Shown piece after piece: positions 34,217-49,706 of a DNA stretch of 64,000 bases. Source of the stretch: Escherichia coli (GTDB lineage: Bacteria; Pseudomonadota; Gammaproteobacteria; Enterobacterales; Enterobacteriaceae); the NCBI RefSeq assembly GCF_001677475.2, contig NZ_CP015229.1; one strand, written 5' to 3'. Both the position numbers and the translations under genes were made by a program. Every line of letters starts with the position of its first letter. Position 1 is the first letter of the stretch. The notes under the pieces were generated by a model. The model did no database searches. It worked only from the letters and a program-made list of their open reading frames with translations, and was not told the origin of the DNA.

Positions 34217-35716
34217 GTGACGCTCAATACTTCTCAGGTCAGTTACTATATGACTCAGCGTAAGAAAGGTATAACTCAGCATATCTCGGCCATGAAGGCT
34301 GGTATCTCAGTCCGTTCTGGTCGTCGGATCGAAAAAGGAGAGTGGGCAAAAAACAGTGTTCGGCACTGGCGCACACGCAAAGATCCTCTGGAAGCTGTGT
34401 GGGACAGCATGCTTGTTCCTCTGTTGAAAGAGAGGCCGGCTCTGACACCAACAACTCTACTGGAGATGCTACAGGATAAATATCCCGGCCAGTACCCCAA
34501 CAGCCTTCGAAGAACAATGCAACGGCGGGTTCGCGAATGGAAACTACAGTATGGTACAGAGCAGGAGGTCATGTTCCGCCAGCAACATCAGCCCGGCCTG
34601 CGAGGCCTGTCGGACTTTACTGAACTGAAAGGTGTAGTTGTCACCATCGCCGGTAAGTTGTTGGCGCATAAGTTGTATCACTTCCGTCTGGAATGGAGCC
34701 ACTGGAGCTGGATGCGGGTTGTTCTGGGTGGTGAGAGCTTCTCTGCTCTGGCTGAAGGCCTGCAGGAAGCCCTCGGACAACTGGGCGGAGTGCCGGTAGA
34801 ACATAAAACGGACAGCCTGAGGGCAGCATGGAAACAACAGGGCGAAGATGGACGCCGCGAGCTGACTGAGCGTTATGCTACTCTCTGTCAGCACTACGGA
34901 ATGCAGGGCGTACACAATAATGCCGGTCGGGGCCACGAAAATGGCTCGGTTGAAAGTGCCCACGGACATCTGAAAAGGCGTATCTGTCAGGCGCTGATAC
35001 TGCGGGGCAGTAACGACTTCAGCACCATAGAAGAATATCAGGCCTTCATCACTCAGCAGGTTATGCGGCACAACCGTAACAATCAGGATCTGGTCAAGGA
35101 AGAACGTCTTCATCTGAAACCGCTGCCGCTTCGTCGCAGTGCTGACTATGATGAGCTGACTGTGAGGGTTAGTCGCAGCAGTACCATCAATGTGAAGCAC
35201 GTCGTCTACAGCGTACCTTCCCGGCTTGTAGGTCAACTGTTACGGGTCAGGTTATGGGACGATCGTCTGAGCTGTTACGTTGGCAGCAGCGAGGTCATGA
35301 GCTGCCCTCGCGTCAGACCAGAAAAAGGGAAGACGCGGGCCCGTCGTATCGACTTCCGACATGTGATCGACAGTCTGGCAAAAAAGCCCGGTGCGTTCTG
35401 CCATGCAACGCTGAGAAATGACATCCTGCCGGACGATGAATGGCGGAGGCTGTGGCGTCGCTTATGTAATCATCTGGAGCCCGATATGGCAGGAAGGCTG
35501 ATGGTACATGCCCTGAAACTGGCTGCAGGATACGACGATATCTCAGTCGTGGCAAAAGGTATGGAGCAGATGCTGAATACCCCGGGAAACGTGGATCTGC
35601 ACCGGCTGATGCGCTTCCTGGGTATAAAAGAAAAGGCGTTGCCGGTAGTCAATGTGATACAGCATAACCTGAGCAGTTATGAGCAACTACTGCGTGGCAA
35701 GGGAGGTTCGCAGTGA
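34217..35716 (+). CDS. istA: IS21-family transposase IstA
   Basis: 499 aa, N-terminal HTH and integrase-like core, typical IstA length and organisation. Confidence 0.85.
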   Translation: MTLNTSQVSYYMTQRKKGITQHISAMKAGISVRSGRRIEKGEWAKNSVRHWRTRKDPLEAVWDSMLVPLLKERPALTPTTLLEMLQDKYPGQYPNSLRRTMQRRVREWKLQYGTEQEVMFRQQHQPGLRGLSDFTELKGVVVTIAGKLLAHKLYHFRLEWSHWSWMRVVLGGESFSALAEGLQEALGQLGGVPVEHKTDSLRAAWKQQGEDGRRELTERYATLCQHYGMQGVHNNAGRGHENGSVESAHGHLKRRICQALILRGSNDFSTIEEYQAFITQQVMRHNRNNQDLVKEERLHLKPLPLRRSADYDELTVRVSRSSTINVKHVVYSVPSRLVGQLLRVRLWDDRLSCYVGSSEVMSCPRVRPEKGKTRARRIDFRHVIDSLAKKPGAFCHATLRNDILPDDEWRRLWRRLCNHLEPDMAGRLMVHALKLAAGYDDISVVAKGMEQMLNTPGNVDLHRLMRFLGIKEKALPVVNVIQHNLSSYEQLLRGKGGSQ

Positions 35717-36468
35717 GCAATATCCATCACCTTGAACATAGCCTGCGTAAACTACGCCTGACACGAGTTGGAGCTGAATGGCACGCTCTGGAAAAACGAG
35801 CGCTGGCAGAAGGCTGGACACCATCGCGCTATCTTCTGACGCTATGCAATGAAGAACTCCTGTGGCGCGAGAGTGAAAAACTGCGTCGTTATAAAAAGGA
35901 GGCCCGGTTGCCAGTTGCCAAAACGCTGAGCGAATACGACTTCAGTCAGGTGCCGGAACTGAATGGAGCTCAGTTCCGGCAACTCTGTGAAACGACAGAC
36001 TGGGTTGATGCAGGAGAAAACGTTCTGCTGTTCGGAGCCAGCGGGTTGGGGAAAAGCCATCTGGCGGCAGCGATCGTGGATGGCGTAGTAGGTCAGGGCT
36101 ACCGGGCCCGGTTCTACAGCGCAGGAGAGCTGTTGCAGGAACTACGTAAAGCCAGAGCTCAGTTGAAACTGAATGAGCTGCTACTGAAACTGGATCGCTA
36201 CCGGGTGATAGTGGTGGATGATCTTGGCTATGTCAAACGCGATAGTGCCGAAACGGGTGTGCTGTTCGAGTTAATAGCGCATCGCTATGAACGTGGGAGC
36301 CTGGTGATAACCAGTAACCATCCGTTCAGCATGTGGGGCAGCATCTTCGTGGATGAGACTATGGCGGTGGCTGCGGCAGACAGGCTGCTCCATCACGGAT
36401 ATATGTTCGAACTGAAAGGGGAAAGCTACAGGAAAAAGACAGCGAAGGCAGTAACAAGCGCGACTTGA
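35713..36468 (+). CDS. istB: IS21-family helper ATPase IstB
   Basis: 251 aa, Walker A LLFGASGLGKSHLAAAI, Walker B VIVVDDLGY; overlaps the istA stop. Confidence 0.85.
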   Translation: MSNIHHLEHSLRKLRLTRVGAEWHALEKRALAEGWTPSRYLLTLCNEELLWRESEKLRRYKKEARLPVAKTLSEYDFSQVPELNGAQFRQLCETTDWVDAGENVLLFGASGLGKSHLAAAIVDGVVGQGYRARFYSAGELLQELRKARAQLKLNELLLKLDRYRVIVVDDLGYVKRDSAETGVLFELIAHRYERGSLVITSNHPFSMWGSIFVDETMAVAAADRLLHHGYMFELKGESYRKKTAKAVTSAT

Positions 36469-36574
36469 TGTCGCCCTGAAGGGTGCGGCCAGTATAGTTG
36501 GCGCGAGTCGGCAAAACTAGTTGACGTCTAATACCTGCAGTCTTCACAGGCGTTACAAAATTTACAACGTCAAC

Positions 36575-37482
36575 TGGGATTAATAGCCGGAGGTGAGGCT
36601 GGAAAACGGGCTGCAACGGCAGTGGGTCTCCGTTGCAGTGCAGATACTCATCTTCGCAGGGTTATCAATACCCCAGAGACGAAACTGTCAGGCTCATCCC
36701 ATGTCGGTATTGATGAGTGGGCGTGGCATCGGGGCCACCGTTACGGTACGTTAATCGTCAATCTTGATACTCACCGTCCCCTCGTCCTGCTTCCCGGCCG
36801 TGATCAGCGTACGCTGGCGACCTGGTTCAGAAAATATCCGGAAATACAGGTTGTCTCACGTGATCGCAGTGGAGTCTATACGACAACAGCACGTGTAGGT
36901 GCACCTCAGGCCAGACAGGTGGCCGATCGATGGCACCTGCTAAAAAATATTGGCGATGCGCCTGAACAAATGATGTACAGACATATACCTCAGATACGTC
37001 TTGTTGCCAGTGAGTTGTCACCAAAGAAATCACCTGATCCAGAACCATCTGTGCCTGCAGCATCGCTCCGTCGTCCGGAACACCTAAAACAGCAAACCCG
37101 CAAAAAACGGCATCAGCATTGGACAGAGGTTATGGCCCTGCATAACAAGGGATGTAGTTTCAGGGAAATATCCCGTATTACAGGCCTGTCGCGTGTGACA
37201 GTCAGTCGCTGGGTACGTTCAGGAACATTCCCTGAAATGTCAACCCGACCTCCAAAGCGAGGGCTTCTGGAACCATGGCGGGAGTGGTTAAAAGAGCAAC
37301 GAGAAAGTGGTAATTATAACGCCAGCCAGATATGGCGGGAAATGGTGGCCCGGGAGTTTACAGGCAGTGAAACCATTGTCAGGGATGCTGTTGCCAAATG
37401 GCGTAAAGGCTGGATCCCACCGGTTACTACTGCCGTCAGACTTCCTTCAGTGTCCCGGGTAAGCCGCTGGTTGATGCCCTAG
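36575..37482 (+). pseudogene. ISL3-family transposase, DDE-domain portion (downstream half of the split gene)
   Basis: ...GIDEWAWHRGHRYGTLIVNLDTHRPLVLLPGRDQRTLATWFRKYPEIQVVSRDRSGVYTTTARVGAPQARQVADRWHLLKN, a DDE_Tnp_ISL3-like core. Confidence 0.6.
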
Positions 37483-37583
37483 AGAATAATCAGGGATGAA
37501 GAAAATTATGCTTCCTGATTTATTAGTCTGATGTGTGAAAAAGAACCTGAGCTGAAAATAGCGCAGCAACTGGCACTCGAGTT

Positions 37584-40860
<3,277 letters not shown>

Positions 40861-40892
40861 TGATTTTGATATGTTCAATCCAGCATCAAATG

Positions 40893-42101
40893 AAGGTTAA
40901 TTTATGGCCGAAAAACAGTTACAGACTCTGGCTAACGAACTGGCCAAAAACCTCAAAACCCCTGAAGACCTCAGTCAGTTTGATCGGCTGCTGAAGAAGC
41001 TCAGCGTTGAAGCCGCTCTCAATGCAGAATCTTGGGTATGAGAAAAATCAGTCCAGACCAGGAGCTAACTCCCGCAACGGTTATTCCACAAAGACCGTTA
41101 TCACAAGCGACGGTCCACTGGAACTGCGTACTCCGCGCGATCGTGAAGCTACCTTCGAACCACAACTGGTAAAGAAAAATCAGACCCGTATTACCGGGAT
41201 GGATAACCAGATCCTCTCGTTGTATGCCAAAGGGATGACCACCCGTGAGATAGCTGCTGCGTTCAAAGAACTGTATGACGCAGATGTTTCACCGGCACTG
41301 ATATCAAAGGTCACCGATGCCGTGATGGAGCAGGTTGTAGAATGGCAAAACCGACCACTGGATGCTGTTTACCCCATTGTTTATCTTGACTGTATCGTCC
41401 TGAAAGTTCGGCAGGACAGTCGCGTCATCAACAAATCGGTGTTCCTGGCACTGGGCATCAATATCGAAGGTCAGAAAGAACTGCCAGGTATGTGGCTGGC
41501 CGAAAATGAAGGGGAGAAGTTCTGGCTCAATGTGCTGACTGAACTGAAAAACCGCGGTCTGAACGATATCCTCATCGCCTGTGTGGATGGCCTGAAAGGC
41601 TTCCCGGATGCCATCAACACAGTATATCCGAAGGCCTGCATCCAGTTATGCATCGTGCATATGGTGCGCAACAGCCTGCGCTTCGTGTCATGGAAGGACT
41701 ACAAAGCCGTCACTCGCGACCTGAAAGCGATTTATCAGGCTCCCACGGAAGAGGCAGGTCAGCAGGCACTGGAAGCGTTCGCTGCGGCCTGGGACAGTCG
41801 CTATCCTCAGATAAGCCGAAGCTGGCAGGCTAACTGGCCGAATCTTGCCACGTTCTTCGCTTATCCAACGGACATCCGCAAAGTGATCTATACGACGAAT
41901 GCCATCGAGTCGCTAAACAGCGTGATCCGCCATGCGATCAAAAAGCGTAAAGTGTTCCCGACAGACGACTCGGTGAAAAAAGTGGTGTGGCTGGCAATCC
42001 AGTCTGCGTCCCAGAAATGGACGATGCCGTTGAAGGACTGGCGAATGGCAATGAGCCGCTTTATTATCGAGTTCGGTGACCGCCTGGACGGTCACTTCTG
42101 A
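40893..42101 (+). pseudogene. IS256-family transposase with an N-terminal frame break
   Basis: Core ...YSTKTVITSDGPLELRTPRDREATFEPQLVKKNQ...IACVDGLKGFPDAI...TTNAIESLNSVIR is IS256-like; the first ~45 codons (MAEKQLQTLANELAKNLKTPEDL...) are in a different frame. Confidence 0.7.
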
Positions 42102-42181
42102 GAAAAGGCATTTACACAGAATCCTAAACAGGCTCTCCATTCCGGGAACGGCATCACCGCAAACTGCGCCGGAGGCAACCA

Positions 42182-42616
42182 TTACAGCCTCTGTAACGGA
42201 TTATCAGTTCCGATATTTTCCGGCGGCGCCTTCTGCCGCTCGCCCTCTCTGCTGTATACCCCGGTACCGCAGCGTGGGCAGCACTTTTCCCCCTCATAAT
42301 TTTCGTCACACATCAGACAAAACCACTTTCTCACCTTCACCGTATAATCCGGAACCGTCATGCCTTGCAGATGCAAACGACGGGCCTCTTTCTCTGCCGG
42401 GTCAAGCCAGGTGCATCGCAGCAGGATTTTCGCAGCAACAGTCATCTGGTCATGTTCAAACCACGGCGGTTGTCCGTCATTGCCCCGCTTAAGTGTTAAC
42501 GGACAACCACAGGACACACAGCACAAAACGTCCTGGCGGTTGTGCTTCGCGGCTTCTTTCGCCGTAACAAAATGGCCCTTGCTGTCATTCGCCATATAGC
42601 AGTTCAGAATTCGCAT
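42182..42616 (-). CDS. Cysteine-rich putative zinc-ribbon protein (paralogue A)
   Basis: 144 aa with CxxC...PWFEH...C-x2-C...Y-x-GE-x2-C-x2-C pattern (CCVSCGCPL, PWFEH, FCLMCDENYEGEKCCPRCGTG). Confidence 0.5.
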   Translation of the reverse strand: MRILNCYMANDSKGHFVTAKEAAKHNRQDVLCCVSCGCPLTLKRGNDGQPPWFEHDQMTVAAKILLRCTWLDPAEKEARRLHLQGMTVPDYTVKVRKWFCLMCDENYEGEKCCPRCGTGVYSREGERQKAPPENIGTDNPLQRL

Positions 42617-42783
42617 ATCTCCTCCTTGTATCTTGACAATTGGTTAAAATAACTATGATTAGATTTGGCAAAGTGTATGTAGTCCGATCCCTCAAGGGAT
42701 TCATAGCCCGTAGCTCAGCGAATGGCGCATACACTGAGCCACTCATCTGAAACCCGAACAGTTGTCAGTACGCCATAACGCAT

Positions 42784-43550
<767 letters not shown>

Positions 43551-43561
43551 AATTTTTACGT

Positions 43562-43969
43562 TCAAGACAGTTGCTGAGCTGTCCGGGGAAGACTGAAACC
43601 TCCGGTCTGGCAGTGTGTGCAGTACCGCTCCCCATAATAATCGTGGTGACATTGTCTGCAGTGCCAGCTGGCTTTACGCACCACGGGTAAGGCATCCGGT
43701 ACGAATTGCTGCAGACGTTTAATCAACCGTATTTCTCTGCGCTCTGGCCTGACATAAGGGCACTGTTGACCGTGCTCTGTCAGCCCGTCGTCAGTGTGTT
43801 CAAACCAGGGACGTTCAGTGTCGTATTGCGGGTGATATCTGAGCGAACTGCCACAAAGATGACAGGTATAACGATCATATGGCGCAGTCTGTGCGGTACG
43901 GGCACCGGTCAGACGTCCGTTGCCATCAAATGCAATAAAGGATTTTGCGTACATAATCATACTCCTCAA
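43562..43969 (-). CDS. Cysteine-rich putative zinc-ribbon protein (paralogue B)
   Basis: 135 aa sharing the same cysteine and PWFEH pattern as 42182-42616 (CHLCGSS, PWFEH, WHCRQCHHDYYGERYCTHCQTG). Confidence 0.5.
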   Translation of the reverse strand: MRSMIMYAKSFIAFDGNGRLTGARTAQTAPYDRYTCHLCGSSLRYHPQYDTERPWFEHTDDGLTEHGQQCPYVRPERREIRLIKRLQQFVPDALPVVRKASWHCRQCHHDYYGERYCTHCQTGGFSLPRTAQQLS

Positions 43970-44214
43970 CCGCCAGACGACACGCAGGCGTCAGCCGTCC
44001 CGGTACGGGCTGCGTGGTCAGAGTGTGAATGGCGGTTCAGTTAAAATCTGGATCCGGGGTTGGGTAAAGCAGGCTGGTTGTTGTTACAGCACTGTGGTTG
44101 TCACACAATGGCGCTCTGGCGTAAAAAACAACCAGTGGGAGAAAAGGTACATCGTTGCAGCCAGACAACAGTCCATTGTTTTGGTTTTACTGAATACTGG
44201 TGCGCCAGTCGTAC

Positions 44215-44820
44215 TCAATTCCGGCTACAGCCAAAATTACGCTCACCGGTACCGTTGACTTTGGTATACTCTTTCGCGAGATAGTCAGCACGGTTCAGCA
44301 TATCCCGTAAACCAGCATCATCATCGCGTTCCAGCCACACCACCGGCCTGGACGGAAAATTCGCCAGTGTGGCATAGCATCCGGCATCCACCCCCAGGGC
44401 ACTGCACCACGCCTGTTTAATCATCCCGGCCAGTGACCCCGGATCGCGGTAATCGCCCGCACCACACCAGGTATCACGGTTGACCAGCAGTATCAGGTGA
44501 TAGTGTTTTTTACCTTTGTTCTCCCCGAACTCCCGGGCCCAGACGTAATGCAGCCTTGTGGTATGTACGCGTTTACCTTCACGGCGCTTACGCTTCTGGT
44601 AAGCGTCGATTCGGGCTTTCAGGGCATTGATGAAGCGGGATATTACAGCCGCGTCCGTTGCTGCCGGTACATCCGGGAGACGCAGATCAACCCGCAATGC
44701 CGTCAGACGGGGATGAACATCCAGTGCGTGCAGCACCGTCTCACGGATACGTTGTTGCCAGAAGGGGTTGTATTTGTAGGTCATGGTTAAATCTCCGTAT
44801 GTTTCATACGGAATAGCCAC
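44215..44820 (-). CDS. YfjJ/YagK-like (inovirus Gp2-family) prophage-island protein
   Basis: 201 aa ...YKYNPFWQQRIRETVLHALDVHPRLTALRVDLRLPD...HYHLILLVNRD..., a family typical of CP4-type islands next to alpA. Confidence 0.6.
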   Translation of the reverse strand: MAIPYETYGDLTMTYKYNPFWQQRIRETVLHALDVHPRLTALRVDLRLPDVPAATDAAVISRFINALKARIDAYQKRKRREGKRVHTTRLHYVWAREFGENKGKKHYHLILLVNRDTWCGAGDYRDPGSLAGMIKQAWCSALGVDAGCYATLANFPSRPVVWLERDDDAGLRDMLNRADYLAKEYTKVNGTGERNFGCSRN

Positions 44821-44983
44821 GTCGTAAAAAATGCGCAGAGCCCCTGAGGTGACCTCCGGCAGGACACTGTCTCAGGCCCTCTGTGATAACCCGAACGGTC
44901 GTCTCCGGACTGACGGTTGAATTTTCAGCGTTGTTTTTTTAATGTAAAAAACCGGTTACGGGTAAGGCTGTGAGGAGGGAGTT

Positions 44984-45184
44984 ATGGTGATACGCAAAAA
45001 GAAGTGCAGGGACTGTGGAAACGCGATTACTCATAATACAGTGTGTTGCCCGTATTGTGGTTCTGTCGACCCCTTCGGCTATTACCGGAATACAGACCGT
45101 ATCGTTACCATACTGCTGGCACTGATTATTGTGGTCCTGCTGACTACTGTCAGCGTCAGTGTGTATATACTGTGTAGCTGGTGA
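44984..45184 (+). CDS. Small zinc-ribbon membrane protein (hypothetical)
   Basis: 66 aa, CRDCG...CCPYCGS zinc ribbon plus a C-terminal TM helix, GGAGGG SD upstream; could be non-coding. Confidence 0.3.
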   Translation: MVIRKKKCRDCGNAITHNTVCCPYCGSVDPFGYYRNTDRIVTILLALIIVVLLTTVSVSVYILCSW

Positions 45185-46240
45185 GATAACGGTTCATGTA
45201 TCCCCTGAGCTGACAGTGTACCGGGTATATTAAGCGTAACCGACAGGTTCTCCTTCATACCATATTAAATTTTTCCAGGTATTGCCGCTGCCTTATTTCG
45301 TCCCATACAGGAAAACTCGTCTGGGTTTCTGACAAATACGTGAAACTCACAGCCCCTCAATATCAACCACACGCTGTAAGCCGGTAATACCTGAAAATCA
45401 GCCTATTACCGCCCACGCCTCCGGTACCATTCCCTTTTGATTTCGAATTCTTTGTTGTCGCTATACCGCGTAACATCACCGATACCACACACCGGCACAG
45501 ATAACACCGGACTTATCGTAGCGCTGCTTCAATATTCAGGTGACATATTTCCAGACGGAAGCCGGCACGCGATCGTAAAATTTGCGGTCAGTTCTGCCAG
45601 CCGGTTGTCAACGGCAGAGTTAAAGGCTTCCAGCTCCGCAAGGGTAAGTTTATAACGCGTGTAGGAATTCACTTTTCCCGCGTCTCCTGACGTATTACGG
45701 GCTGCCACTTACCTGGTGTCCCGCAATACAGCCTTAGTGTTCCGTTATCGGGGATCCAGACGCACCGCAACAACCGGGGAAGTATTTTTGGTTAGAGCAG
45801 TGTCAAGAGGGATTTCTCAGCCCCTCACTCACCGGCTCAGTTTCAGGGCAGGAGCATTAATACGCTCAGTTCATGTCTTATACAGGAATGGGCACAGGGG
45901 GAGCTGGCGTGTCACTGCTGATTTTACGCATCAGCGTTCATGTATCTGCACTCTGATACAGAATGCTTCACAGCGCTCTGTTACCGGAGAGATTTACTAT
46001 CTTAGGTTATTCTGGCAAATCCTTTACGTTACTCTCTGATGACTTCTTATATTCATAATACCAATCAGACAACCTTATCCCATCGGTGATATCAGTCTCC
46101 TGCTCGCCAGGAACGGGCTGACTCACTGTAACCACCTCCGAAAACAACTCTGCAATTATCAGAACGCCTGCTTCTCTCCCTGTCCTCACGAAAACTATCC
46201 CCTCTTTATCGCGCGTGCGTGCGGAAGCATCTTTTCGCAA

Positions 46241-46256
46241 CCCCCCCCCCCCCCCC
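46241..46256. repeat. Homopolymeric poly(C)16 tract
   Basis: 16 consecutive C followed by GGG, about 165 bp upstream of alpA in an ORF-poor stretch. Confidence 0.9.
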
Positions 46257-46420
46257 GGGATTCCGCTACGGCTCTGCCATCGCAATCCCCCCGTTTATCT
46301 CCGGACAGCCAGATTCCCGATTATTTTTTACGTTTCTCCCCGGTTGTTATGCCGGTGAAGGTGGCGCGCTGTTTTCATGACCACACCGGCTGGTTTAACA
46401 ACATCCGGAGGAACATTCTC

Positions 46421-46627
46421 ATGGCTACCCCAGTTTCGCTGATGGATGACCAGATGGTCGACATGACGTTTATCACTCAACTGACCGGCTTAACCGATAA
46501 GTGGTTTTACAAACTCATCAAAGATGGGGCCTTTCCTGCCCCCATCAAACTGGGTCGCAGTTCCCGCTGGCTGAAAAGCGAAGTGGAAGCCTGGCTGCAG
46601 GCGCGGATTGCTCAGTCCCGTCCGTAA
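46421..46627 (+). CDS. alpA: AlpA-family prophage regulatory protein (MerR-like HTH)
   Basis: 68 aa MATPVSLMDDQMVDMTFITQLTGLTDKWFYKLIKDGAFPAPIKLGRSSRWLKSEVEAWL... Confidence 0.85.
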   Translation: MATPVSLMDDQMVDMTFITQLTGLTDKWFYKLIKDGAFPAPIKLGRSSRWLKSEVEAWLQARIAQSRP

Positions 46628-46705
46628 TTTTTAACCACTAACCCTTCGCCCAAAGCAGACGCAATCTCCGGCCTGCCGGCGGCGCTCTGCTGCCTGTTAT
46701 CCCCC

Positions 46706-47323
46706 GTGAGGAATATGAAAATGAAACAACAGTATCAGACCCGTTACGAGCTGCTCCATGAAAACTACCAGAAATGGCTGACCGGCTTCACCCGGCACGC
46801 CGTATCATGGGGCGTGTGTCATCCGAATATCTACTATTTCCATAATCTGACGCCCGGGTGGGTGTCATTCAATGGCGAAAAACCGGAGATTGCCATCGTT
46901 CCCCAGAGTCTGCACCGGCTGATTTATGGTCCGGACAAACGGAGCTCCCCGTCTCTGGGTGATGATCTGATAGTGAATTTATGCACCAGCGAACACCTGC
47001 TGGTTCATCATCCGATGCTGGAAGGGATCCTGCTATCTGAATGTGAGCGCCTGAAGCAACATTCTCTGGCAAACAAACTGATCAGCCTCTTCCGTCAGTT
47101 TGGCGGCACGGAGTTACGTCTCAAACTGGTCTGGCTCTGCTGGCTTGATTTAATGACCGGAAACAGCCTTGACGACTGGACGAAAAACCTGAAACACAAA
47201 TCAGAAAAAGATCTGGAGCAATGGATCATTGCACGTCAGGGTCAGAGTGAACCACTGACAAATCTGATGGATCAGTACGTGCTTATGGCATACCGTACAT
47301 CGGTTGATGCCGCTCACAGTTGA
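46706..47323 (+). CDS. Hypothetical island protein downstream of alpA
   Basis: 205-aa ORF, no family recognised; position corresponds to yfjI-like genes in CP4-type islands. Confidence 0.45.
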   Translation: MRNMKMKQQYQTRYELLHENYQKWLTGFTRHAVSWGVCHPNIYYFHNLTPGWVSFNGEKPEIAIVPQSLHRLIYGPDKRSSPSLGDDLIVNLCTSEHLLVHHPMLEGILLSECERLKQHSLANKLISLFRQFGGTELRLKLVWLCWLDLMTGNSLDDWTKNLKHKSEKDLEQWIIARQGQSEPLTNLMDQYVLMAYRTSVDAAHS

Positions 47324-48125
47324 TGTCTGAGAACCACAGGGCTGGCAGTTGAAAACCAGCCCTGTGGTAAAATACAGTAATAGCGGCGTACATCAGGCAC
47401 GCCGCTCACTCGTCCACAGATCATATACGTCATTATACTGCGCGATAACGGAGGGCTTCAGCACCCGGTCATTTCTGAGCGGGTATGAATACCATTGATG
47501 ATGCGAAGCAGCCACGGGCAGAAACGTTCTTCACAACCAGGTGCCTCCATCTTCACTGCAGGCTGAATGTGCCGGCTTGTTATCCACCAGATAATGGTAT
47601 GCTCCGGTACATGCATACCCCGGTGACTATAAACGCACTGAATCATAGCCTCCCACCTCAGCAGGAGGCAGTCAGCTTTCAGGCGGAAAAACGTTGCAGT
47701 TAAAGATCGTGAGAATCGCTGTTTCGTTGCATAGCAACCTGAACAGTTGTAGTGAAACATTTTCCTGCATCAGCACATGGTCAGGGGCCGTCTGTATGGC
47801 GTGGAATACTGATGTTTCGGCTGATGGCAAGCCTCATTCTCTGTGGAAAAAGGGGCGCGCATTAGCTTCTCAACCAGAGAGCGTCACAAAGACAAATATT
47901 GCTGAAAATCGCATTCATCGTTCAGACGTGAATGCCCGGAGACAAAAGCCGCTGTCCGTACAGCCCCCCTCTGACCTGAACAAAAAGCATACACACAACA
48001 GGCTCACCTGCCCCCGAAAAACCATAACTTCAGCAATACCAGTGACACCAGCACGTTACCTCAGTGCCACATCTTTAGACCGCGATCAATCTGAAATGTG
48101 ACTATCGGGGCAATATCCCTGCTTT

Positions 48126-48515
48126 GTGGTACACGATAACCAGAAAACATCCCCTGAACCGCCAGCCAGAAAGACTGGCCACAAAAGGGGTAAGCTGAAA
48201 TCGTTTATGGATTACATCGACATATGCCTAGCAGAGAATGTCCGGAATGACGAGATTATCTTTGCGGAGATTAAGGCAATGGGCTATACGGGCCGACGTT
48301 CCATGCCGCGTTACTACATTCAGCCCGGACGTAAAATGCGCCCGTCAAAAAGAACGGTTCGCTTCGAAACTCAGCCAGGATACCACCTCTCCGTCACACC
48401 CGGGAAGAAGTTGATATGGTGGTTGCCGGACAACAGCGCTCCTGGATTGACTGCTGCATCACTCAACCACGCTGAATATCAAAGGAGAGCGTTACCGGTT
48501 AAAAGAGAAACGTAA
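48126..48515 (+). pseudogene. Degenerate IS21-family IstA-like fragment
   Basis: Contains ...AEIKAMGYTGRRSMPRYYIQ...VRFETQPGY..., resembling the IstA GY(T/S)G...RFET.PG region; too short for a functional transposase. Confidence 0.4.
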
Positions 48516-49706
48516 AGCTATGGTGATGACCCAAAACGCAACGCCTGTCAGTGAGGATGAAATGGTGAAAAGCGGACAGCATCAGTAACGGAAGTATCTT
48601 AGCGGGTACGAAAATGGCAGGATCGTGACATTGACAGAATATCTCCTGATCATCTTGAATGACTGCAGTTGCTGTGGAAAAGTAAGCTATCTCCACCCAC
48701 GGCACCACTTAACAGGCATTCCGTAACTTCCCCCAGACTTACTATGACGCATTATCGGTGCACTGAAAACAGGAGAGTGCGCTTAAAACCGCAGACCGCA
48801 TGCGGGTGTTACTGCATGACAGTCTGGCCGTATTGTGAGATGTCGGCAGGAACCGATGTCCGCGCAGGGGGGAACTTCCTGTAGTACCTGACGCTTCAAA
48901 TGGTATTAACCGTAGGGCGTTGTTGGTTCCGGATCGCGGAAATGGGAGCACAGGTCTGCTACGGGGTGTACCTCTGACAGTAAATCCGGCTCGCTCATCT
49001 GACAGCCTCTCTCCCGGAAAAGACCAAAAATGAGATCGTCTCCTCAACAGCAGAGAAAAGGTCTTGACAGACAGGCTACATTGCATACGATTTATGAAGA
49101 AAAAGACAGCAAATATGGAGGTTATAGCGGAGAACACCCTACGAAATTCCTATGAAAAACGATTGGAAAAAATATCAAATTCGATTCGTTTTTATATGCT
49201 TTTTGGGAGCGTGGCGATGACGAACTGTTGCATGTACAGAGGAGAATGCACCCGGAAGCACCAGAATCATCCAGAAAGGCAGAACGATTACGCATCAAAC
49301 CAGGAGACAGCAATATCACGGTAATATACTGATTTAAAATGAATTTACAGCAATACGTGAAAACATTTTTTACTTAAAGGAGACAGATGCGCTGAAGAGA
49401 GTGCAGGTATTTTTATATAAAAATGAGAAGTTTACGGGATGTATATCCGGCACACTATGACCGGAGAATATCAGTCAAGCTTAAAAAGGCAATAAATACA
49501 GTGAGTTAAATACACAGAGAAAACGTAGTATCAGAGGGTACATCTTACAACAGAGACTGAATTTCCGGTTTTTCATAACCGGCGCATTTCGGAAAGTGCA
49601 GGCGGCCAGGAGGTTTTCTGACGCCACTACCTAGTAGATTGTTCTGTACATCATGTACGGAGGTTTTTGTTTGCTTTTTTAAAATCTGCAAATGTGAGAA
49701 GAGCAG

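Larger units (their letters stand above)
34176..36557 (+). mobile_element. IS21-family insertion sequence (istA-istB) inserted into the ISL3 transposase gene
   Basis: istA and istB ORFs with overlapping stop/start; candidate imperfect terminal repeats tgtaacctgagtg... (34176) and ...cacaggcgttaca (36557). Boundaries approximate, target duplication not resolved. Confidence 0.7.

Noticed and set aside
34544-35236. 230-aa minus-strand ORF inside the IS21-family element
   Set aside because: Antisense to istA, which has the expected length and organisation on the plus strand.
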